Assembly: GCA_963769025.1 (NCBI GenBank)
Contig: CAVYKI010000012.1
Coordinates: 192,001 to 256,000, forward strand
Direction of reading: 5' to 3'
Length of the DNA stretch: 64,000 nt
Source of the DNA: an uncultured Verrucomicrobiae bacterium
GTDB taxonomy: Bacteria; Verrucomicrobiota; Verrucomicrobiia; Chthoniobacterales; Chthoniobacteraceae
In this document: in pieces, positions 28,458 to 36,460 of the stretch
How positions within the stretch are numbered: the stretch's first letter is position 1
Layout: each line of letters begins with the position of its first letter
Notes under the pieces: model-generated
What the model was told of the DNA's origin: nothing
Database searches by the model: none
The model's input: the letters and a program-made list of their open reading frames with translations, nothing else
Made by a program: the position numbers and the translations under genes

Positions 28458-29510
28458 CTACACGATCAGCATGCAGTCGCCGTAGCTGTAGAAGCGGTAG
28501 CGCTCGCGGATGGCCTCTTCGTAGGCACGCAGGATGAACTCCCGTCCGGCGAGTGCGGACACGAGCATGAGCAGCGTGCTTTGCGGGAGGTGAAAGTTCG
28601 TCAGCAGCATGTCCACGGCGCGCGGTTGGAAGGGCGGGCGGATGAAGATGTCGGTGCTTCCCGCGGCGGCGCGCACGGGACGACCGATGCTTTCGAGCAC
28701 GCGCGCGCTCGTGGTGCCGACGGCGACGATGCGTTTCGCGGCGTTGCAGGCCGCGGCGGTTTCCTCGCTCACTGCGAAGCGCTCCGAGTGCATCCGGTGG
28801 TCCGCGAGATCGTCCACGAGCACGGAGCGGAATGTGCCCACGCCGACGTGCAGCGTGACGAACGCGTGCGGCACACGCGCGAGGATTTCCGGGGTAAAGT
28901 GCAGCCCCGCGGTGGGCGCGGCCACGGCTCCGGCCTCGCGCGCGAAGACCGTCTGGTAGCGCACGTTGTCCGACGCCTCGGGCTTGCGCTCGAAGTACGG
29001 CGGGAGCGGGATTTCGCCGTGCGTGTCCAGGTCCACCGCGTCGAGGAATTCGATCATGCGTTCGCCTTCCGGCTCGATGCCGCGCACGACGCCGGCCACG
29101 CCGCCGACATGCACGAGCGCGCCGAGCCGCATCTTGCGCCCGGGCTTCACGAGGCATTTCCAGAGGTAGGGCGTCCTCGCCGAGGACGCCGACGCATCGG
29201 CCGCTGTGGCCCCGGGATTCTCGCCGGAGGAATGGGGCGCTTTCGGCGAAAGCGCCCTGCCCTCGAGGAACAGCAGCTCGATCTTGCCGTCGTCCGAGAA
29301 TGCCCGTGCCGGGATCACGCGCGTGTCGTTCAGCACGACGAGATCGCCGCTTTCCAGATACGACGGGAAGTCGGCGAACTTCCGGTGCTCGATGCGCTGT
29401 TCGGCGCGGTGCAGCACCATCATGCGGGAACCATCGCGTCGCTCGGCAGGGTAGCGCGCGATGAGTTCTTCCGGCAGGGTGTAATCGTAGTCGGCGGTTC
29501 GCAGGCTCAC
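28458..29510 (-). CDS. queA: S-adenosylmethionine:tRNA ribosyltransferase-isomerase, with an in-frame palindromic insertion
   Basis: LPEELIARYP, LNDTRVIPAR, PLPPY, AAPTAGLHFT, TNFHLPQSTLLMLVSA, YRFYSYGDCM. Confidence 0.96.
   Translation of the reverse strand: MSLRTADYDYTLPEELIARYPAERRDGSRMMVLHRAEQRIEHRKFADFPSYLESGDLVVLNDTRVIPARAFSDDGKIELLFLEGRALSPKAPHSSGENPGATAADASASSARTPYLWKCLVKPGRKMRLGALVHVGGVAGVVRGIEPEGERMIEFLDAVDLDTHGEIPLPPYFERKPEASDNVRYQTVFAREAGAVAAPTAGLHFTPEILARVPHAFVTLHVGVGTFRSVLVDDLADHRMHSERFAVSEETAAACNAAKRIVAVGTTSARVLESIGRPVRAAAGSTDIFIRPPFQPRAVDMLLTNFHLPQSTLLMLVSALAGREFILRAYEEAIRERYRFYSYGDCMLIV
29166..29260. repeat. GTAG-type REP doublet (REPIN-like) inside queA
   Basis: GTAGGGCGTCCTCGCCGAGGACGCC (29166-29190) plus an inverted copy GGCGCTTTCGGCGAAAGCGCCCTGC (29236-29260). 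Confidence 0.85.
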
Positions 29511-29568
29511 AGGGCGGCGAAGGTTCCGCGTCGCGCGCGCGGCGTCCACTTCCGAATTGGAGCGCGAG

Positions 29569-29693
29569 TGTGGAGCGCTGGCGTCCCCGCCGGCCACGCT
29601 CATCTGCGAAGCACCATTCTTCTTCGCACGCCGGACAGAGAAGGTGGCGCTTCGCGTTGTGTTGCATGGCCGGCGGGACGCCAGCGCTCCACA
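29569..29693. repeat. Intergenic GGAG-type REP doublet
   Basis: TGTGGAGCGCTGGCGTCCCCGCCGGCCA ... TGGCCGGCGGGACGCCAGCGCTCCACA inverted arms. Confidence 0.85.
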
Positions 29694-29736
29694 TTTCCAA
29701 ATCGCCCTCCGCATTCCGCCGCTGTATGCGCGGGCC

Positions 29737-32700
29737 ATGCGAATGCTCCCCCTCCTGCTCATCACCGCCGCGGTTTGCAGCGCCGCCGTCACGCCGCCGG
29801 AGCAGATCAAGGTGCCGCCGGGGTTCAAGGTCGAACTCCTGCGCGAAGCCGGGCCGCGCGAGGGCTCGTGGATCTGCATGGCGCAGGACGGCCAAGGGCG
29901 GCTCTACATTTCGCCGCAGGGCGCGATCCCGGAGAGCGGCTTCGGCAAGGACAACAAGTGGGGCGGCATGTGGCGCACGACGATCGTCATGACCGAAAAT
30001 CCCACCGGCAATATTCAGCCGCACATCATCAAGTGGGAAAGGGTGAAGGTCCCCGTCGGCGACGCCATGGGCATGCTCTGGGCGTTTGACTCCCTCTACG
30101 TCTCCGGCATGGGGCCGCAGGGGCGCGGCATCTACCGCTGCACTTCCAGCAAGCGCGACGGCAACCTCGACACCGCCACGCTTTTCAAGGCAATCCCCGG
30201 CGGCGCGGGCGAGCACGGCGCCCACGCCATCGTCCTCGGGCCGGACAAAAAGCTCTACATCGTCAACGGCAACAGCACCGGCATCCTCGACGGCCTCGCG
30301 CCCGACTCCCCGTATCGCCATTGGGGCGAGGACGACCTCCTCCCGCGGCTGAAGGATCCCGTCGCCACCTTCTTCGACAAGCTCAAGGCCCCCTACGGCT
30401 GCGTCTATCGCACCGACGCCGACGGCACGAAGTGGGAGCTCTTCGCCGGCGGCTTCCGCAATCCCTACGACATCGCCTTCAACCCCGACGGCGAGCTCTT
30501 CACCTACGACAGCGACATGGAGTGGGACCGCGGCCTCCCGTGGTATCGCCCCACGCGCATCCTCCACGTCGTCCCCGGCGGCGAATACGGCTTCCGCGAA
30601 GGCAGCGCGAAATGGCCCGCGTATTTCCCCGACTCGCTCCCCGCCGTGGCCGACATCGGCGTCGGCTGCCCCACCGGCATGAAGTTCGGCACCGAGGCGA
30701 AGGGCTGGCCGGAAAAATACCGCCGCGCGCTCTTCATCCACGACTGGACATATGGCCGCATCCTCGCCGTCACCCTCCACGAGAAAGGCGCGAGCTACAC
30801 CGCGAGGAACGACCTCGCCAGCCATACCTACCCGCGGGACGCCGAGGCGAACGGCGACGTGGAAGTCTTCCTCAGCGGAAAAGGCATGCCGGTGACGGAC
30901 CTGGAATTCCTGCACGACGGCTCGATGGTCTTCACCGTCGGCGGCCGCGGCACCGCGGCGGCGCTGTATCGGGTGAGCTACGTTTCCGGCGCCCCCTCCG
31001 GGGCGCATCGCGATTCCACCGGTAATCCGGTGGTTTCACCACCGGCTAATATCCTTCGTCCCTCCGGGACGAACGCAAGCGCACCGTCAACGAGCAATCC
31101 ATCCGCAAACTATCCGCCCGCCAACAATGCGCCGGAGGCGCAGCGGAAGTTAGCCGGTGGTGCAGCGAGCGAAGCGAGCGCAACCACCGGATCGCTGACA
31201 GCAAAAGCAAGCGCCCCGGATGGGGCGCGGGAAGGCGTCAGCGAAAAGCCAAAGCATTCAGGCGGTTTCGATGAAGCCGTCGATCGGGAAGACGTGCGCA
31301 AGATGATGCTTTGGTCCGCGTCCGTTGCCACTCGCGACCACTATGCCCTCCAAGACTCGTGGCCATCAAACCGCGACATCGGGACACCTCGGGGGCTTGC
31401 CGGTAGAATGGTGATGGAATCCGGCCTTTACCCCGAGTTCAGAAACAAAGCCCTCAATGAAGCGGATGATGCTATCGCACTTCCTTCATTGCTCGCGCTC
31501 GCCCGCGTGGGTGCCTCTACAGATCAAGCGGCCATTCTCGCAAGACTCACCAAATTCCCCCTCGCCTCGCTCTCCGACGACTTGAAGCTCCTCAAACTCC
31601 GCGTCCTCGAACTGAGCTTCGCGCGGCAGGGGCGGCCTTCGGAGGAACGGGTGAAGGCCCTGATGGAGGAACTGCTGGCGCATTACCCGGCAACGAACGT
31701 GGCGAAGGGCGCGGCGGCGAGTGGAGCGCTGCCGTCCCCGGCGGCCACGACACCAAACGGCGAAGCCGCACTTCCCAATGGCGCACGGAATGCAAACGCG
31801 CATGAAAGTGGCGCTGCGCGCGGAGCGACCTGGCCGGCGGGGACGCCAGCGCTCCACTCGCCGTCGCTCCCCGTGGATGACCCCGCGTGGCGGCTGAACC
31901 GCGAGCTTTGCGCCCTCCTCGTCTGGCTCTCGAATCCCGAACTCGGCGAACCGAACTCCGCACTTCCGGCGAAGGCGCAGGGCGCGGCGCGTCCGCAATC
32001 GGAAGCGCGCGCTGCGGCGAACAACGCCAGCGCGAAACCGAAGGACAACGATGCCCTTCCCTCGGAAGCGCCGCCGGTGCCGGGAGGCGGTAAAGTGATC
32101 AGTAATCAGTCAAAAGTAATCAGTGAAGCGCAGCCGACTGATCACTCATCCCCGCGCCGAACCCCGGCGCGGACATTTTCCCCGGCCGCAAGCCCGCGCC
32201 TTTCCAGACGGAACTGGGCCGGCAGGTGATCGAGAAGACGCTCGCGCTCATGGACGCCGCGCCTTCGCAGGAGGAGCAAATCTGGTATGCGCTCTGCCTG
32301 CGCTGGGCGCACGGGTGGACGCCCGAACAGCGCGTGCGGTATTTCCGCTGGTTCCACGAAAAGGCCGCGCGCTACACGGGCGGGAATTCGTTCGCGAAAT
32401 TCGTGGAGGCCATCCGCGCCGATGCCGCGTCGCGCGTGCCGGAGGCGGACCGCGCCGCGCTCGCGGACTGGCTGCGCCCCGTCGCCGCGCCCACTCCCGC
32501 CGCCGCGCTGAAGCCACGCGCCTTTGTAAAGGCGTGGACTTTGCCCGAACTCGAAGCCGCGCTCGACAGGCTGAAGGACCGCCAGCCCGACCTCGCGCGC
32601 GGCAAGGAACTCTACACGCAGGCGCAATGCGCGCAGTGCCATCTCTTCCGCGACGCGGGCGGCAACGTGGGGCCGGACCTCACCGCCGTCGCGCAGCGCT

Positions 32701-33011
32701 TCGGCCGGCACGACATCCTCGAATCCATCACCGACCCGAGCAAAGTCGTGAGCGAGCAATACGCGATGGTGACGCTCACCGTGCTCGACGGCAAAGGCGG
32801 CACCGCCGAACTGAGCGGGCTCGTGAAGGAGGAGACGAGCGCAACCATCACCATCCTCACCGACCCGCTCGCGGGGAAGACGGCGAACCTCTACAAGAAC
32901 GTCGTGGTGAAGACGGAGAAGGCCGCCGTGAGCACGATGCCCCCCGGATTGCTGAACACGCTGACGGCAGAGGAAGTCGCGGACCTGCTGGGGCTCTTCG
33001 GCACCAAGTAG
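29737..33011 (+). CDS. PVC-type dehydrogenase-like beta-propeller/HEAT/cytochrome c protein, with several repeat insertions and one frameshift (~32142-32226)
   Basis: Signal peptide; IKVPPGFKVELL, GEHGAH, GFRNPYDIAFN, DSDMEWD..LPWYRPTR; C-terminal CAQCH, GPDLT, STMPPGLL in a shifted frame. Confidence 0.85.
30983..31233. repeat. Inverted pair of ~90-105 bp multi-hairpin elements inside the heme-protein CDS
   Basis: 30983-31071 and the reverse complement of 31129-31233 share CGCCCC.TCCGGGGCGC, TCCGGTGGTT and CACCACCGGCTAA..TCC blocks. Confidence 0.85.
31707..31871. repeat. GGAG-type REP doublet inside the heme-protein CDS
   Basis: GTGGAGCGCTGCCGTCCCCGGCGGCCA (31721-31747) ... TGGCCGGCGGGGACGCCAGCGCTCCAC (31831-31857) with extended flanking complementarity; sister of 29569-29693. 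Confidence 0.85.
32094..32146. repeat. AGTGATC/AGTAATC heptad inverted element inside the heme-protein CDS
   Basis: AGTGATCAGT (32094-32103) and ACTGATCACT (32137-32146) form a perfect IR; AGTAATCAGT occurs twice. Confidence 0.7.
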
Positions 33012-33118
33012 CCGCCGACGGAAGGAGGCGGGCTGATTTTCCTTCTCGCGTTCCGCAATCCGCGCTCCGCTTTCAAAGTGCCCGCCTCCTTCCGTTGGCG
33101 GCTACGGTTGCGGGCCGC

Positions 33119-33625
33119 TCACTCCTTGAACGTGATCTGCGCGGTGATCTTCTCCCACTCGTCCTCGGTCATCTTGTTCTTCAGCGCGCGGAGCATGAAG
33201 CCGCCGACGGCCTTGCCGTCTTCGTTGAACATCCAGTCGCAGACTTCCGCAGGCGGGAAGGAGACCTTGCCATCGAGCGGGATGCCGGCGCCGACGGCGG
33301 CCGTCTTGTCATCGGCCACGCCGTGGAGGAGCGTGCCGTCGAAGGTCACCTGGTTGATCCAAAGGATCTGCTGCTTGCCCGCCTCGCGGCTGGGGAAGGC
33401 CTTGCGCACGAGGAACTGCTTCTGGTTCGGCGCGGGCTTTTGCACCGCGGCGAGGAATTCGCCGACGGTCGTGCGCGCCTTCTCGATCGCCGCACGGATG
33501 TCCGGGTCATCCGTGTTGCCGTGCATGAGCGCGCGGAGATCCTCACGACGCTTCTCCTTCGCCTTGTCCTTGCAGCCGGAAAGGAGGAACGCGGAGAGAG
33601 CGAGCAGGAGCAGTGTGCGGGACAT
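33119..33625 (-). CDS. DUF2314 (YegJ-like) lipoprotein
   Basis: Lipobox LLSGC; AAIEKARTTVGEFL, WINQV, VCDWMF...GGF motifs. Confidence 0.75.
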   Translation of the reverse strand: MSRTLLLLALSAFLLSGCKDKAKEKRREDLRALMHGNTDDPDIRAAIEKARTTVGEFLAAVQKPAPNQKQFLVRKAFPSREAGKQQILWINQVTFDGTLLHGVADDKTAAVGAGIPLDGKVSFPPAEVCDWMFNEDGKAVGGFMLRALKNKMTEDEWEKITAQITFKE

Positions 33626-33696
33626 CGCGCGGACGTTCGCACGACACGGTGCGCGATGTCGAACACGCACAAGCGCCGGCCCGGGCGGCGTGGTTT

Positions 33697-33811
33697 TGAA
33701 ACGCAGAGACGCGGAGACGCAGAGGGGGAAGATGCAATAGGGGAACGCTGTGCTCGGTGGCTCGCTGCAGTTCGCCATGTTTTCTCTGCGTCTCCGCGTC
33801 TCTGCGTTTCA
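33697..33811. repeat. Intergenic element with a perfect 28-bp inverted repeat of 8-bp ACGC(A/G)GAG units
   Basis: TGAAACGCAGAGACGCGGAGACGCAGAG (33697-33724) and its exact reverse complement at 33784-33811. Confidence 0.9.
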
Positions 33812-33893
33812 TCCTTCTTTCCATCTTATCGCCGCCTCCGCCCTTGACCCGTGGCGTGACCTTTGAAACAAGCGCGGCTCTTACTTCCCATAC

Positions 33894-35172
33894 ATGAGCA
33901 CCATCACCGCCCTGAGGGCCGTCAAAGGCAACACGAAGTCCAAAGTCGAAGCTGAACTCTCCAAGACCGGCGGCCTGCTGCGCCTCGCGCCCTGCTGGGT
34001 GCCGCGCGTCGTTCCTCCAGCCGGGCAAGCGGCTGAAGCTGCATCCGGACGATCTCTACGCCTACGGCCTGAACCGCGGCGGCATCGACGAGCGCTGGTT
34101 TGCCTCGCACGACGCCCGCGGCGAACGAAAACCGCACGCCGGACGAAGGGCTGAGCTACGTCGTCGTCGGCAAGGCAGCGGTTCACGCTTGCAGCAGGCC
34201 GTGGAGGACTGCGGCGCGACGCTCATCGGCAGAATCGATCTGGAACAAGTACAAGAAGTGGCCGGTCTATTCGAAGTTCTTCGACAACATGGGGCCGATC
34301 CCGCACCACATGCACCAGTCGAAGGAGCAGGCGAAGCTCGTCGGCCAGGAAGGCAAGCCGGAGAGCTATTACTTCCCGCCGCAGCACAACAACGTCGGCA
34401 ACAATTTCCCCTACACGTTCATGGGCTTCGAGCCCGGCACGACGAAGGCGCAGGTGCGGAAGTGCATCGCGAACTGGAACAAGGGCGACAACGGCATCCT
34501 CGATCTCTCGAAGGCCTACCGCCTGAAGGCCGGCACGCGGCTGGCTGATCGATCCGTGCATTCTGCACGCGCCGGGCTCGCTCTGCACGTACGAGCCGCA
34601 GTGGGGCATCGACGTTTTCGGCATGTATCAGAACCTCGTCGAGGGCCGCGAAGTGCCGTGGGCGCTGCTCGTGAAGGACATGCCGAAGGAGCAAGCACAA
34701 GGACATCGACTTCATCGTCGAGCAGCTCGACTGGGACAAGAACGTCGACCCGAACTTCAAGGACAACCACTACCTCGAGCCCGTGCCCGTCGCCGACACG
34801 CGCAAGGAAGGCTACGTCGACCGCTGGATCGTCTACGGCAAGGTCGACGGCGAGCAGCTCTTCACCGCGAAGGAACTGACCGTCGAACCCCGGCGCGAAG
34901 GCGACGATCAAGGACAACGGCGCCTACGGCCTCATCTGCGTGCAGGGCAGCGGCAAGATCAACAGCCAGCCGCTGAATCGCCCGAAGCTGATCCGCTTCC
35001 ACGAGCTGACCGAGGACGAATACTTCGTGCACCGAGGACGGCGCGAAGGCGGGCGTGACCTTCGAGAACACCAGCGAGACCGAGCCGCTGGTCATCCTGC
35101 GCTACTTCGGCCCCGAGGTGAATCCGGACGCGCCGGCAGATGGGCGCGTATCGCAAGAACAAGTTCAACTGA
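33894..35172 (+). CDS. Cupin/phosphomannose-isomerase-like conserved protein, multiply frameshifted
   Basis: Consecutive fragments LRLAPCWVPR / LKLHPDDLYAYGLNRGGIDERWF / SKFFDNMGPIPHHMHQ..GKPESYYFP / LHAPGSLCTYEPQW / FENTSETEPLVILRYFGP in alternating frames. Confidence 0.7.
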
Positions 35173-35214
35173 CACTCTCCCGCAGAAACCAAACACCAAA
35201 CCAACAACATCAAG

Positions 35215-35682
35215 ATGAAATATCTCAAGATAACCGCATTGCTCGGGGCCGCGATCAGCTTCGCCTTCACCTCGTGCAACAAGGCGCCCGACGAAAAAAC
35301 GGCCATCGCGAATTTCAAGAGCGAGATCGAAAGCGTCGGCAAGTGGATCGAGGAACAGAAACCGGCGGCAAACGATCCGTTCGGAGCGGAGGCGTCAAAT
35401 CAGATCATCGCCAGGCTCAAAGCCATCAAGACCGATGGCCTTCCGGAGGACCTCAAGTCCGCGTGGGCCGAGATGAACGCGGTCTTCACGGAGATGGGCG
35501 AGTTCTTCAAGAGCATGCCAAAGATCGATGTTTCAAAACCCGAGGAGATCAACAAGGCGAAGGCAGAACTCGGGCCGAAGATGATGGCCATCCAGGCAAA
35601 GGTGGAACCTGTCGCGAAGAAGCTCGAGGAAGTCGGAAAGAAGCACGGCATCGATATGTCGAAGGTCGCGCCCGGCAAGTAA
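35215..35682 (+). CDS. Helical lipoprotein
   Basis: Lipobox FTSC; host-like codon usage. Confidence 0.75.
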   Translation: MKYLKITALLGAAISFAFTSCNKAPDEKTAIANFKSEIESVGKWIEEQKPAANDPFGAEASNQIIARLKAIKTDGLPEDLKSAWAEMNAVFTEMGEFFKSMPKIDVSKPEEINKAKAELGPKMMAIQAKVEPVAKKLEEVGKKHGIDMSKVAPGK

Positions 35683-35699
35683 CACCCGCGTTTTTTCAC

Positions 35700-35739
35700 A
35701 AAAGCCGCCGGTCCGTCCCGCACGGGCCGGCGGCTTTTT
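35700..35739. terminator. Intrinsic terminator, probably bidirectional
   Basis: AAAAGCCGCCGGTCCGT-loop-ACGGGCCGGCGGCTTTTT between convergent genes. Confidence 0.85.
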
Positions 35740-35862
35740 GCTGGGGTCAGGCAGCCGCCTGGGTGATGCGGGGGAACGTTCGAGCTGAGAGGCTGGTGCA
35801 ACGTCTGTGCCTTCACCTCGGTCAATCCCCGCCGCGCCGACCGGAGAAGGTCAAGGGGACGG

Positions 35863-36225
35863 TCAGCGGCCGAGGCCGCACTGGAAGACAAACCACGCCG
35901 GATTCAGCGGACCGCAGCGCGGGCGGAGCTTGTCGAGTTCCGCGGCGGAACCGTGGAGCTCGAGCCGCAGGAGATCCGAGTTCTTGAGCATCTCGTCGAG
36001 CAACGCCCCGACGTTATCGAGATGTGCGATGACGCCCTCCGCGCCCACATACGCCTCGCGGCAGAAGACCGTGTCGCCATCGAGGGTGAAGTCGTAGTAG
36101 AGGCAGGCAGTCTCCTGCCGCGTCTTCTCGACAAATGCGGAGAGCAGGCCGCGGACGGTGTCGAGTTTGCCGGCGTGGACTTTGAAATACGGGTGGAGGC
36201 TGACGACGTTGCTGGTCTGGGACAT
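35863..36225 (-). CDS. ABM/putative quinol monooxygenase family protein
   Basis: HPYFKV, TRQETACLYYDF, CREAYVGAEGVIAHL dimeric alpha-beta barrel pattern. Confidence 0.7.
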   Translation of the reverse strand: MSQTSNVVSLHPYFKVHAGKLDTVRGLLSAFVEKTRQETACLYYDFTLDGDTVFCREAYVGAEGVIAHLDNVGALLDEMLKNSDLLRLELHGSAAELDKLRPRCGPLNPAWFVFQCGLGR

Positions 36226-36460
36226 GGCAGGAGGCGTGTTGGAAATGAAGCGGGCTGAGGGTTCGACCGAGACTCGCAGGATCTCCCGCACGCCGCAAGG
36301 CGAACCCATTTCGCGACTGCTCGCCCCGAACGCGCATGAGCCGGTGCGTCGGCGCTCGCGCCGGTCAACACGTCCACGGGCCATGCCGCGCAGCGTGACC
36401 ATGCAAGCGGCTGCAGCGCACCGCGCCACATTTTTCACCCCAGCCTGCCCGTGAACGCGA

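Noticed and set aside
28371..33811. Autonomous IS element or transposase
   Set aside because: No transposase, RAYT or integrase ORF recognisable between any of the inverted repeats
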